From assembly GCA_013214545.1 (NCBI GenBank), contig JABSQB010000003.1, forward strand, positions 37,236 to 101,235: 64,000 nt of DNA. Direction: 5' to 3'. Within the stretch, counting starts at the first letter, position 1; every line of letters begins with the position of its first letter. The position numbers and the translations under genes were made by a program. This DNA comes from Henriciella sp. GTDB lineage: Bacteria > Pseudomonadota > Alphaproteobacteria > Caulobacterales > Hyphomonadaceae. This document shows, piece after piece, positions 47,421-57,107 of the stretch. Under the pieces are notes generated by a model. That model ran no database searches. It was not told the origin of the DNA and worked only from the letters and a program-made list of their open reading frames with translations.

Positions 47421-48437
47421 ATGAAGCAGATCGTTCTGAAGGAATATTGCGAAGGTCCACCGCGGCTGGAAAACTTCGAACTGGTGGAGAAACCGGTGCC
47501 GGTTCCAACAGAAGGTCAGTTCCTGGTCAGACATATTTGGAATTCGGTTGATCCGGGGACGCGGTCGCGGCTTTCAGGCGGTGATAGCTACGCCGCAGCC
47601 TTGCCCCTCGGCAAAGCGATCGACGGCTTCAGCGTCGGCATTGTCGAAGCCTCAGAGAACAGCGACTACCCCGTCGGCGCGAAAGTGTTCTGCGCCGGTG
47701 GTTGGCGCACACATACGATCCAAACCGGCAAAGGCTTTGTCGGAACTATTCCGGACTCCGTGCCGCTGCCGCTTTCGCTTTGGATCGGGGTGCTTGGTGT
47801 GCCCGGCCTGACCGCCTGGTTCGGGCTGAAATCTGTCGCCAAGTTTCAAGCTGGGGACCGGGTCCTGGTGACCTCTGCTGCTGGTCCTGTTGGCGCGACG
47901 GCCGGCCAACTCGCTAAGGCGGGCGGCGCAGAGCAAGTGGTTGGTATCGCGGGCAGCGATGCCAAGTGCAGCTGGCTCGTCGAAGAAGCCGGATTTGATG
48001 CCGCCATCAATTACAAGACCGTCCCTGACCTCGATGCTGCGATAGAGGCCGCCATGCCGAAAGGCGTCGATCTTCTGTTCGACAATGTCGGCAATGCCAT
48101 GGTCAATCGGGTCCTGCCCAAGATGCGGATGAATGGCCGGATCTGTATTTCAGGCCAGGTGGCCGACTATAATCTCTCGCCTGAAGAAACGCCGGGCATC
48201 GTCAATACGAAGCCGTTCATCACCCATCGGGTGTTGATGCAGGGATTGGTCGTATTTGACTTCGCGCGCGAGTTCCCGGCGGCTCTGAATGAAATGGCGA
48301 CGCTGATCGGAAAAGGCGAGCTGAAACTCAAAGAAGAGCGGTTCGACGGGATCGAGAAAATGCCGGAAGCCTTTTGCGGCTTGTTCCGCGGCGAGAATTT
48401 TGGCCGCCGCGTTGTACAAGTCGGAAACGAAGCTTAG
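47421..48437 (+). CDS. NADP-dependent oxidoreductase (MDR family, YncB/CurA/LTB4-dehydrogenase-like)
   Basis: 338 aa from ATG 47421 with the nucleotide-binding motif AAGPVGATAGQLAK. The ORF extends to 47334. Confidence 0.85.
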   Translation: MKQIVLKEYCEGPPRLENFELVEKPVPVPTEGQFLVRHIWNSVDPGTRSRLSGGDSYAAALPLGKAIDGFSVGIVEASENSDYPVGAKVFCAGGWRTHTIQTGKGFVGTIPDSVPLPLSLWIGVLGVPGLTAWFGLKSVAKFQAGDRVLVTSAAGPVGATAGQLAKAGGAEQVVGIAGSDAKCSWLVEEAGFDAAINYKTVPDLDAAIEAAMPKGVDLLFDNVGNAMVNRVLPKMRMNGRICISGQVADYNLSPEETPGIVNTKPFITHRVLMQGLVVFDFAREFPAALNEMATLIGKGELKLKEERFDGIEKMPEAFCGLFRGENFGRRVVQVGNEA

Positions 48438-48495
48438 GGTTTTTCCGGGACGGGGCGGCATTGAGTAAGACGCCGCCCGCTTACGGGAGGACCAC

Positions 48496-50535
48496 ATGAC
48501 TTTCTTGATCAGAATTGCCGCACTTATGTGTCTAATGACGGGCTTAGCATGGTCCGCTTCGGCGCAGGATGATCCAGACCTGCCGGCCATTCCAGATCTG
48601 ACGATTGAACAAGTCCATCCAGCCTGGCTCGAGTTTCAGCCTGAGTTCACCCCCTATGTCTGTCCCTTTCACGCTCAAGCGCCCGACTATGACCCGGAAG
48701 AGTTCATCTGTGGCTATGTCCTCGTCCCTGAGGACCGAACCGATCCGAACAGCCGGCTGATCAAACTCTCCGTCTTGAAAATTGTCTCGACCAGCGAGAA
48801 TCCAGAACGCCGCGCCGTCATGCGCCTGACGGGAGGTCCAGGCGGGCCGTCGCTCGGTGCAGGCCGGATCCGCGCCTATCAGCGCGCCGATACAGCCGCG
48901 TTTCGAGAGGCCGCTGATCTGATCTTTTTCGATCAACGCGGCATCGGCTATTCCGAAGCGCATTTCTGCCGCGCTGTGCCGCGCAATTTCCAGTTTGGCG
49001 TGCCAATCGAGGAAGGCATTGGCCGCGCCAAGCAGGCATTTGAAAAATGCCTTGCCGAAGCCCGCGCCGAAGGCATTGCGGTCGATGGCTATACGACCTG
49101 GCAGAACGCGCTCGACGTTCGCGATATCCGCATCGCCCTCGGCTATGATCAGTGGACGCTATTTGGTGTCTCTTACGGGACCTCGCTCGGCCAGGCGGTG
49201 CTTATGGTTGACGAAGAAGGCGTGCGCGCTGCCATTCTCGACAGTGTCGTGCCAGCAACCGTGATGGAAACCGGCGGATGGGGCGCAATTGCTTATGGTT
49301 TCAGCTCGGCGCTGGCGGCGCTGGATGCAGATTGCGCGGCCAATCGAGGTTGCGCCCGCAATATTGGCAGTTTTCGCGAGCGCTTTATCGCCGCGTTCGC
49401 AGCGCTGGACGAAGATCCGATCATTCTGGAGGACCTCGATCCGGGTTCCGTCCTCGACGGGCGGCTGGTCATGGATGGCGACCTAGCAGCCGGAGCCGTG
49501 TTTCAGGCGCTTTACATCAACACGCTGTTCGCAGATTTCCCGAGCTTGCTGAAAGCGCTTGAGACGCGAGATGAAGTCGCGCTGCGCGCCTATGTCGAAG
49601 TGCTGGGGCGTCCGATTGATCATGCGGCCGGAAACGGGCTCGAGCTGGTGGCTAATTGCCGGGGCGCCATCGAAGTCACCGAGGAACAATTCACCGCCAT
49701 GCGCGCCGCTGAGCCGGAACTGTCCAATTGGACAGACACAATTGAATGGGACGAAATTTGCGCCGCTGTCTACAACATGGAGCCGGACCCAACGGTTCAG
49801 CGACTCGTCACTGATGTTCCGATCCTGGTGACCGCAGGGACCGTCGATCCCATCACGCCGCCCAATTACAGCCAGTACATCATGTCTGATCTGGCGAACG
49901 GTCAGTATGTTGAGTTTCCACATACCGGCCACGGCGCCGTGATCAGCCATGCGCCAGGATGCGGCCAGGACCTCTGGGTTGCCTTTGTGAACGATCCGGA
50001 CTCCGCGCTGGACACATCCTGTGTGGATACGATCGAGGCGCCGCAATTCCTGACGCGGCTGATCGAAACCAAAGGGCCTTACCGGTTCGCACGGAAACTG
50101 CAGGCTGGCACCAATCTCAAAGGTGTCATCGCTCTGGCCGCTTTCTTGATGATTACCGTGATCATGTTCCCGCTCGGCTGGGCCGCCCGGAAGGTCCAAG
50201 GCTCGGACACTGCGAGTTTCAGCAGAGCCCGCACGCTCACCTGGCTTGGCGCGGTTATCTCGCTTGGTGGACTGGGTTGGGCGATCAGCAAGATTCTGGC
50301 GACGGCAACGCAGCATCCAATGGCGCTGCCGCTCGGCGTGCTTCCATCGGCAGGATGGGCCTTCTGGCTCGGTTTGATCGGATTTGGCCTGACCGCCTAT
50401 GCGCTCTATCGCGGGCTGACCAGCACAGGGTTCGGGCGCCAAAATATTGGCACCTCGCTCGGGCTGATCCTGACCTGTCTCGCCTCGCTTGGTCTGTTAG
50501 CCTTTATCTTGGCGCTTGGGCTGGGGCCGTTCTAA
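48496..50535 (+). CDS. Alpha/beta hydrolase (peptidase S33 / TAP-like) with a C-terminal polytopic membrane region
   Basis: Signal peptide, GGPGGPS oxyanion region, GVSYG nucleophile elbow, and a late HTGHG. The last ~150 aa contain about 4 hydrophobic helices. Confidence 0.75.
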   Translation: MTFLIRIAALMCLMTGLAWSASAQDDPDLPAIPDLTIEQVHPAWLEFQPEFTPYVCPFHAQAPDYDPEEFICGYVLVPEDRTDPNSRLIKLSVLKIVSTSENPERRAVMRLTGGPGGPSLGAGRIRAYQRADTAAFREAADLIFFDQRGIGYSEAHFCRAVPRNFQFGVPIEEGIGRAKQAFEKCLAEARAEGIAVDGYTTWQNALDVRDIRIALGYDQWTLFGVSYGTSLGQAVLMVDEEGVRAAILDSVVPATVMETGGWGAIAYGFSSALAALDADCAANRGCARNIGSFRERFIAAFAALDEDPIILEDLDPGSVLDGRLVMDGDLAAGAVFQALYINTLFADFPSLLKALETRDEVALRAYVEVLGRPIDHAAGNGLELVANCRGAIEVTEEQFTAMRAAEPELSNWTDTIEWDEICAAVYNMEPDPTVQRLVTDVPILVTAGTVDPITPPNYSQYIMSDLANGQYVEFPHTGHGAVISHAPGCGQDLWVAFVNDPDSALDTSCVDTIEAPQFLTRLIETKGPYRFARKLQAGTNLKGVIALAAFLMITVIMFPLGWAARKVQGSDTASFSRARTLTWLGAVISLGGLGWAISKILATATQHPMALPLGVLPSAGWAFWLGLIGFGLTAYALYRGLTSTGFGRQNIGTSLGLILTCLASLGLLAFILALGLGPF

Positions 50536-50612
50536 CGCCGGACGTCTCGCATGGTGAGGGGTGTTCAAAGCGCTGAATTGCAAAGAAAGTGCAGCGCAAA
50601 GGAGACCCCGCC

Positions 50613-51425
50613 ATGACCTCGCCGTTCGACATCACCAAAGAGACCTATTCGCGTTTCACTTTTGAGCGCGATGACCGTGTTCTAACTGCAGCGATCACAT
50701 CGGATCATCCGGTCAACGGCGTCGATGCGGCCATGCATGAAGAGCTCGGCCGGGTCTTCACCGATCTGCAGCGCGACAGCAGCTCAGACATCATCATCTT
50801 GACCGGCAAGGGCCGCGCCTTCTGCGCGGGCGGGGACTTTGACTGGTTCGATGAGCAAATCTCCGACCCAGGCAAGTTTCGCGATATTGCCTGGGAGGCG
50901 AAACGCATCGTCACTTCAATTCTGGATATGGAAAAGCCAATGATCTGCCGCCTGAACGGTGCTGCCGCGGGCCTCGGCGCAACCATTGCCCTGCTTTGCG
51001 ACATGATCGTCTCGGACGAGAAAGCCCTGATCGGCGACCCGCATGTCAAAGTCGGGCTGGTGGCGGGCGATGGCGGCGCCGTGATCTGGCCGCAACTGGT
51101 TGGGTTCGCCAAAGCCAAGGAACTGTTGATGACCGGCGATCTTCTGACCGCGCCTGAAGCTCAGCAACTCGGCCTGATCAATTATGCTGTGCCGACAGAC
51201 CAGCTCGATAGCAAAGTCGCTGAGCTGGTCGGCAAACTACAGGGCAACCCGAAATGGGCCGTGCGCTGGACTAAGACCGTAACCAATATCCCGCTCCGCG
51301 CCCTTGCCGCGCAAATGATGGATGCTTCGGTTGGCTGGGAAAGTGTCTCCAACTATATGGATGACCGCAAAGAAGCGGTCGACGCGTTCCGCGAGAAACG
51401 CGCGCCGAAGCTCACCGGCAACTGA
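50613..51425 (+). CDS. Enoyl-CoA hydratase/isomerase family protein
   Basis: Crotonase fold (FCAGGD, NGAAAGLGAT). AAAGGAG lies upstream of ATG 50613. Confidence 0.85.
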   Translation: MTSPFDITKETYSRFTFERDDRVLTAAITSDHPVNGVDAAMHEELGRVFTDLQRDSSSDIIILTGKGRAFCAGGDFDWFDEQISDPGKFRDIAWEAKRIVTSILDMEKPMICRLNGAAAGLGATIALLCDMIVSDEKALIGDPHVKVGLVAGDGGAVIWPQLVGFAKAKELLMTGDLLTAPEAQQLGLINYAVPTDQLDSKVAELVGKLQGNPKWAVRWTKTVTNIPLRALAAQMMDASVGWESVSNYMDDRKEAVDAFREKRAPKLTGN

Positions 51426-52556
51426 TTACATCAAGGACTGGTACGTGGCCTGTAACAGATTGAAGCCGCGAACATCGCCGACCAAGCCCGCTTCCATCCG
51501 GTTCATGACATAAGAGAAGCACAGCCGCGCATCCTGGTCGATGAGAACGACCGACCCGCCATAGCCGCCCCAATAGGCGATGTTTTCATTCGGGCCGAGC
51601 GGCATTGGGTCGGCCGAGATGCCATAGCCCATGCCGAAAACGACCGGGATGCCGAGCGCGAGATCCATTCCTGCTGTCTGCTTATCAAAGACGCGGCGCG
51701 TACCTTCACGCGACAGAATGGTCTTACCGAACGCGCTACCCTCGCAAGCCATGGGCGTCTGGGCGCGAACGATTGAGCGAGCATTGCCCTGCCCATTGGC
51801 GGCTGGGATTTCAGCAGCGCGCCAGGCTCTGGTATTCGCCGCGGCCGCAATGACCGCCGGATTGCGGAACGTGCGTGAGGCAATTGTGTCGGTCTTCTCG
51901 ATTTCAACCGGAGACTCGGGCGGGAAGAGGTCGGACACCCGCTGATCGATCTCTTCCGTCGTCCCGATATGGAAATCGGCGCCGAGCGGTTCAGCGATTT
52001 CCTGTCGGTAAAAGTTGCCGAGACTTTGTCCCGTCACGCGGCGGACAATTTCGCCGATCAAATGGCCCTGGGTCAGCGCGTGATAGCCAGATTGGGTACC
52101 TGGCTCCCACCATGGCGCTTGTTTTGCCAGCGCGCTGGTCATCCAGTCCCAGTCATATAGCGCATCTTCCGAGACAGGCTCATCCATCCCGGACAAGCCA
52201 GCGGAGTGACTAAGAAACGTCCGGACCTCGACTGCGTCTTTTCCGTTCTGGGCGAATTCCGGCCAGTACTTTGCGGCTGGGGCGTAGAGATCCACTTCGC
52301 CTTTGTCCGCAAGCAAAAGCAGCGACATCGCCGCCATCGTTTTGGTGCTCGACCAGACATTGACCAGCGTATCTTCCTGCCAGGGGTCAGTCTTGGCGCT
52401 GTCGAGATGACCACCCCAGAGATCGACTACAAACTCGCCATCAAGGCTGATCGCGACGGACGCGCCAATATCGTTGAACTGCTTGAAATTGGTCTCGAAC
52501 GCCGCCTTTACGGCTTCGAATTTCGCGTCGCATTTGCCTTGAATGGGCACACCCAT
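51426..52556 (-). CDS. Serine hydrolase (beta-lactamase/class C esterase family)
   Basis: 376 aa with an SxxK motif (SSTK) near the N-terminus and a YxN-type region. Confidence 0.85.
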   Translation of the reverse strand: MGVPIQGKCDAKFEAVKAAFETNFKQFNDIGASVAISLDGEFVVDLWGGHLDSAKTDPWQEDTLVNVWSSTKTMAAMSLLLLADKGEVDLYAPAAKYWPEFAQNGKDAVEVRTFLSHSAGLSGMDEPVSEDALYDWDWMTSALAKQAPWWEPGTQSGYHALTQGHLIGEIVRRVTGQSLGNFYRQEIAEPLGADFHIGTTEEIDQRVSDLFPPESPVEIEKTDTIASRTFRNPAVIAAAANTRAWRAAEIPAANGQGNARSIVRAQTPMACEGSAFGKTILSREGTRRVFDKQTAGMDLALGIPVVFGMGYGISADPMPLGPNENIAYWGGYGGSVVLIDQDARLCFSYVMNRMEAGLVGDVRGFNLLQATYQSLM

Positions 52557-52638
52557 CTGATTCCTCCCGAGTCTTTTGTGGAAGAGTGAAAGTGAAATCC
52601 GGCCTTGTCACCAGTGCCGTCGGGATAGGTCAGAACAA

Positions 52639-52670
52639 CAAAAAAACGCACAGCACTGGGGCTGTGCGTT
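52639..52670 (-). terminator. Rho-independent terminator of the UrcA-like gene
   Basis: AACGCACAGC / GCTGTGCGTT: perfect 10-bp stem with a 6-nt loop. On the minus strand it is followed by TTTTTTT. Confidence 0.8.
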
Positions 52671-52696
52671 CTTCGGGGAGGAAAGGCGGACGGCGT

Positions 52697-53014
52697 TTAT
52701 TGAGTATTGCCGCTCGTTCTCGCTGCAAGTTGAATCACCTCAGCATTTTCAAGCTGCTCCATCACGTCGGTGATCACTTGCTGCTGGCAAACGCGGCGCA
52801 CTTGATTACGCGCAGATGCGTAGGTGCTGCCAAGTTCGGGTTTGCAGACCTGCCAGGCTTGTTCGCGAATGCTTTCATAAGTCGCTTCAGGGGTCGCATC
52901 GAAGTCGATTTCGATGGTCACCTGCTGCGTTTTTGGCGCATCTGCAAATGCGGAGGGTGCCAACAGTAGAGCCGCGCTGGCGAAGAGAGGGGCAAGGATT
53001 CTGGGAGTAGACAT
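52697..53014 (-). CDS. Small secreted protein, UrcA-family-like
   Basis: 105 aa with signal peptide MSTPRILAPLFASAALLLAPSAFA and two Cys in the mature part. The family assignment is from memory only. Confidence 0.5.
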   Translation of the reverse strand: MSTPRILAPLFASAALLLAPSAFADAPKTQQVTIEIDFDATPEATYESIREQAWQVCKPELGSTYASARNQVRRVCQQQVITDVMEQLENAEVIQLAARTSGNTQ

Positions 53015-53185
53015 GGTTTTTTCCTTTTTGTGTCACAACCTGTCTGGCTGCGAGATCAGAAAAGCGGATTTTCGATCGCTCCTCTCCGCAATCGCGAAAA
53101 TGAAGGCGCTTTTTTAGAAATGCGCATGCTTTTCAGAAATCGACAGGGTTTGACGCGGCGGCTCATCTCCCCTATCTCCCTGTCT

Positions 53186-53245
53186 CAACGTGGTGATTTG
53201 GCCGGTCGGCTTGCAGCCACGATAAACAAGTCGCTAAAAGGCCGT
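53186..53245 (+). promoter_or_regulatory. SAM-II (metA-type) riboswitch candidate
   Basis: GUGAUUUGGCCGGUCGGCUUGCAGCCACGAUAAACAAGUCGCUAAAAGG contains the GAUUU, GCUUGC and AAGUCGCUAAAA blocks I associate with the SAM-II consensus. It lies in the metA leader, the classic alphaproteobacterial location. Confidence 0.65.
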
Positions 53246-53317
53246 GCGGAATTGCAGACATGGATCTGCGCCCCTCCGCCTCCCTGACAGCGATAATTTT
53301 TACGCGGAGAACGGCCG

Positions 53318-54235
53318 ATGCCGATCAAGATTCCAGATACGCTGCCTGCACGCGAAACCCTTGTGCGCGAGGGCGTTGCGGTGATGTCGGACTCCGACGC
53401 CATCCGGCAGGATATTCGCCCGCTTCATATCGGCCTGCTCAACCTGATGCCGAACAAGATACGGACTGAAACGCAGATTGCGCGTCTGATCGGCGCAAGC
53501 CCGCTCCAGATTGAAATGACGTTGGTGATGGTTGGCGGCCACACCCCGAAGAATACCAGCCAGGAGCACCTGATCAGCTTCTACCAGAACTGGGACGCGG
53601 TGAAGCATCGTAAGTTTGATGGTTTCATCATCACAGGCGCGCCGATCGAGACACTGCCATTCGAAGACGTCACCTATTGGCGCGAACTGACCGAGATTTT
53701 CGAATGGACGCGCACGCATGTGCATTCCAGTTTCTTCATTTGCTGGGGCGCGATGGCAGCTGCCTACCATTTCCACGGCGTGCCGAAGCATCAGCTCGGC
53801 GAGAAAGCGTTCGGCGTTTATCGCCACCGCAATCTCGACCCGACCTCGCCTTACCTTTCTGGGTTCAGCGATGATTTCCAGATCCCGGTCAGCCGCTGGA
53901 CCGAAGTCCGTGCCATCGACATCGCAGCAGCGCCCGACCTGCGCATTCTGATGGACAGCGACTTCACAGGACCTTGCCTGCTATCCGATCCGTCCGCGCG
54001 CAGCCTCTACTGCTTCAATCATATCGAATATGACTCGACCTCGCTGAAAGAGGAATATGATCGCGACGTCGCCAATGGGAAGCCGATCAAGCCGCCGCAT
54101 GGTTATTTCCCTGGCGATGATGTCAACGCCCAGCCACAAAACCGCTGGCGCAGTCATGCCCATTTATTGTTCGGAAACTGGATCAATCAGGTTTACCAGA
54201 CGGTTCCCTATGACATTGAGGCGATTGGGACGTAG
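53318..54235 (+). CDS. metA: Homoserine O-acyltransferase MetA (succinyl/acetyl)
   Basis: [11 protein letters not shown]...[10 protein letters not shown]...CWGA (catalytic Cys context). Confidence 0.95.
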   Translation: MPIKIPDTLPARETLVREGVAVMSDSDAIRQDIRPLHIGLLNLMPNKIRTETQIARLIGASPLQIEMTLVMVGGHTPKNTSQEHLISFYQNWDAVKHRKFDGFIITGAPIETLPFEDVTYWRELTEIFEWTRTHVHSSFFICWGAMAAAYHFHGVPKHQLGEKAFGVYRHRNLDPTSPYLSGFSDDFQIPVSRWTEVRAIDIAAAPDLRILMDSDFTGPCLLSDPSARSLYCFNHIEYDSTSLKEEYDRDVANGKPIKPPHGYFPGDDVNAQPQNRWRSHAHLLFGNWINQVYQTVPYDIEAIGT

Positions 54236-54247
54236 CCTGTCGCGGTT

Positions 54248-54790
54248 ATGAAGATCCGCCGCGCCACGTCATCCGATGCAGAGTTCATCGCCGACACCTA
54301 CCGTCCTTTTGTCGAGGACCATTGGGCCTCGTTCGAACTGCGCGCGCCAAGCGCCGACGAGATTGCAGCCCGGATTGAGGCTGCGGGGGATCTCTATCCC
54401 TGGCTGATCGCAGAGGATGAAACACCGCTGGCTTATGCCTATGCCTCACCCCACCGCACGCGCGCTGCTTACAATCGCTCTGTCGATACGGCAATTTACT
54501 GCGTGGAGGCCGCGCGCGGCAGAGGCGTCGGCAAGGCGATCTACGCGGCTTTGTTCGACGTGCTTTCGCGTCAGAACTATGTCATGGCGTTTGCGGGAAT
54601 TGCGATGCCAAATGAAGCGAGTCTTGCGCTGCATCGCTCGGTCGGATTTGCGCTGATCGGCACCTATCCTAATGTCGGCTACAAGCATGGCGCCTGGCGC
54701 GACACGCAATGGTGGAGCCGACCGCTTGCCACGCCGCAGGATCCGCCAGCGCCCATCCGACCTGTCTCGGAGGTGATGGCTGAACTCTAG
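54248..54790 (+). CDS. GNAT family N-acetyltransferase (phosphinothricin/methionine-sulfoximine acetyltransferase-like)
   Basis: 180 aa. IRRAT..D...I..IY, RGRGVGKAIY acetyl-CoA motif and KHGAWRDT near the C-terminus are typical of PAT/MddA-type GNATs. It lies 12 bp after metA. Confidence 0.8.
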   Translation: MKIRRATSSDAEFIADTYRPFVEDHWASFELRAPSADEIAARIEAAGDLYPWLIAEDETPLAYAYASPHRTRAAYNRSVDTAIYCVEAARGRGVGKAIYAALFDVLSRQNYVMAFAGIAMPNEASLALHRSVGFALIGTYPNVGYKHGAWRDTQWWSRPLATPQDPPAPIRPVSEVMAEL

Positions 54791-54821
54791 CGCGCTGGAA
54801 TCCAGCTCTTACATTAGGAGC

Positions 54822-55277
54822 ATGACCGCCGAGCTTCGCCCTGCCCGCCCCGAGGAGTTGGACGTATTGTCTGCGCTTTGTCTGCGGTCAAAAGCCCATT
54901 GGGGCTATGATGCCGCCTTCATGGCCGCTTGCGTTCAGGAGCTCACGCTGACGCCGCTCGATCTGGAACAGGATGCGGTTATCGTTCTCGAGGATGGAAA
55001 AGGCGTCGCCGGCGTGGCGCAAGTCAGCCTGGAAACTGATGGGTGCTTCCTCGACAAACTCTTCATCGAGCCCAGTCGCATGGGGCTTGGATATGGTAAA
55101 CAATTGTACCTTTGGGCCCTCGAAACTGCACGAAGTATGGGCGCCCGCGAGCTCGTCATCGAAGCAGATCCGGACGCCGCTCTATTTTATGAGAAGCTGG
55201 GCGCCCGCCCGGCAGGTGAAGTTCCTTCCGGGTGTGTCGCAGGGAGAGTGCTTCCACGCTTTGTTCATCCGCTCTAA
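54822..55277 (+). CDS. GNAT family N-acetyltransferase
   Basis: 151 aa with a GLGYGKQL acetyl-CoA-binding motif. Confidence 0.8.
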   Translation: MTAELRPARPEELDVLSALCLRSKAHWGYDAAFMAACVQELTLTPLDLEQDAVIVLEDGKGVAGVAQVSLETDGCFLDKLFIEPSRMGLGYGKQLYLWALETARSMGARELVIEADPDAALFYEKLGARPAGEVPSGCVAGRVLPRFVHPL

Positions 55278-55286
55278 GGGTCAGCC

Positions 55287-56447
55287 ATGACTTATTTTGC
55301 AGACGAGCCCGACCACGTTTCCGAAATCCGCCGGCAGTTGCAGCGCTATGTCGCCGAACATGCCCCGCGCGAGCAACGCCGCGCCTGGGATCGCGAGTCG
55401 ACCTGGCCGCGCGATGTGTTCAAGGGGATCGCTGAAATGGGCCTGATTGGCCTCACCATCCCAGAAGAGTATGGCGGTATGGGCCAGGACATTGTTGGCG
55501 CTACAGCGGTGATTGACGAGCTTTGTCAGGCCGGGGCCTTCCTCGCCGGGCCGTATATCCATGCCGCGTTCTATGGCGGCATGAACCTGTCCGAGAATGG
55601 CTCCGAAGCGCAGAAGGAAGAGTTTCTGCCTAAGCTCGCGCGGGGCGAAATGTTCCTGTGTTATGGGCTTTCCGAACCAAATGTCGGCGGCGACCTCGCC
55701 AGTGTTGAAACGCGCAGCGAGATGCAAGGCGATGAGATTGTCGTCAACGGTGCCAAACGTTGGTGCACCGGGGCCGACTGGTCAGACTATATCTACTGTC
55801 TGACACGCTCCGGCCCACCGGATGCGCGCTATAAGAACCTGACCTTCCTGCTCATCCCAACCAATGCTGAAGGCGTCTCAATGCAAGCCATTGAGCATTC
55901 GAACCTGCGCTACACCAAATCCATGGACGTCTATTTCGACAATGTGCGTCTGCCCAAGTCGGCAATTGTTGGCGGCGAGGACAATTGGAACCAAGGCTGG
56001 AAGCTGCTGGCGGGCCGCGCGCTGGATGTTGAAAAGATCGAGATCACGGCTGTCGCTTATGGCATCGCCCGCGCCGCCGTCGAAGAAGCCTGGCAATACG
56101 CCCAGGAGCGAGAGCAATTCGGCAAGCCGATCGCACAGCACCAGGCGATCCGACACAAGTTGGTCACCGCCCGCACCAAGCTGCAGGCGGCGCGTCACAT
56201 GCTCTATCATGGTGCTTATCTCGCCAGTACGGATCAGCCGTGCAGCATCGAGACCTCGATGGCGAAACTATTCGTTGCCGATACCGCGGTTGAGATTGCC
56301 ACAACCTGCCAGCAAGTGATGGGGGCCTACGCGCTGTCAGATGCCTATGACATGGAACGCCACGTTCGCGACCTGCTGGGTATGCCGATTGTCGGCGGAT
56401 CATCGGACATGCAGAAGAACAATCTCGCCAGCTTGATGCGACTCTAG
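55287..56447 (+). CDS. Acyl-CoA dehydrogenase family protein
   Basis: 386 aa; GLSEPNVGGD, FLIP and QQVMGAYA are typical ACAD segments. Confidence 0.9.
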   Translation: MTYFADEPDHVSEIRRQLQRYVAEHAPREQRRAWDRESTWPRDVFKGIAEMGLIGLTIPEEYGGMGQDIVGATAVIDELCQAGAFLAGPYIHAAFYGGMNLSENGSEAQKEEFLPKLARGEMFLCYGLSEPNVGGDLASVETRSEMQGDEIVVNGAKRWCTGADWSDYIYCLTRSGPPDARYKNLTFLLIPTNAEGVSMQAIEHSNLRYTKSMDVYFDNVRLPKSAIVGGEDNWNQGWKLLAGRALDVEKIEITAVAYGIARAAVEEAWQYAQEREQFGKPIAQHQAIRHKLVTARTKLQAARHMLYHGAYLASTDQPCSIETSMAKLFVADTAVEIATTCQQVMGAYALSDAYDMERHVRDLLGMPIVGGSSDMQKNNLASLMRL

Positions 56448-56528
56448 TAACCCGGGTCGATCCAAGCTAAGCTGATTAAGATCACAGCCCACGCGCGGTG
56501 AGCTGTTTCGGCGTCGAACGACCCTGTT

Positions 56529-57107
56529 ATGGGCCTTTCTGCCCCAGGATACGAAACCAGCTTGCTTCGCTTCGAACCGGTGAGCGAGAAGCACCGCGAA
56601 GTCCTGAAGCAATCAGCGATCGAAAAATCAGTTTGGAAATATATGCCAGCGCTCAGCGGTGGAACCAATCTGAAGAAATACCTGATGGCATTGCTGCAGT
56701 CACAGATCGCGGGAACCGCAGCCTATTATGTTCTGTTTCAAAAGACCGATGACGCCTTTGTTGGCCTGTCTGGTTTCAACGAAATCAATCGCATTCATCG
56801 CCGACTGCGCAATCACATCTCCTGGCATCCACCGGAACTGGACGTCACCAAGCTGTATCGCGCCACCCAGCACGGAATGATAAAACGGGCCTATGACTGG
56901 CGCGCCAAGCGTATGGAATGGCAGATCAATCCGAAGAACGAATTCATCATGCAGAATCTGCAATATCTGGAACCCACACGCGAAGCTCATTTTCGCAATT
57001 ATGAGCGCACGGCAGACGGCGTCTGGATCGACAAGATCGTGTATTCGATGACCCGGACCGAAATGGCCGCAGCCATTGAGCGGCTTGAAGCTGAACTCGT
57101 GGCCTAA
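56529..57107 (+). CDS. Probable GNAT (RimJ/RimL-like) acetyltransferase
   Basis: 192 aa. The LRFEPVSEKH N-terminal pattern and spacing resemble the Acetyltransf_3 family; the assignment is weak. Confidence 0.55.
   Translation: MGLSAPGYETSLLRFEPVSEKHREVLKQSAIEKSVWKYMPALSGGTNLKKYLMALLQSQIAGTAAYYVLFQKTDDAFVGLSGFNEINRIHRRLRNHISWHPPELDVTKLYRATQHGMIKRAYDWRAKRMEWQINPKNEFIMQNLQYLEPTREAHFRNYERTADGVWIDKIVYSMTRTEMAAAIERLEAELVA

Noticed and set aside
53030-53287. 85-aa ORF in the UrcA-metA intergenic region.
   Set aside because: It overlaps the SAM-II-like leader and has no Shine-Dalgarno or recognisable motifs. The region is better explained as a regulatory leader.
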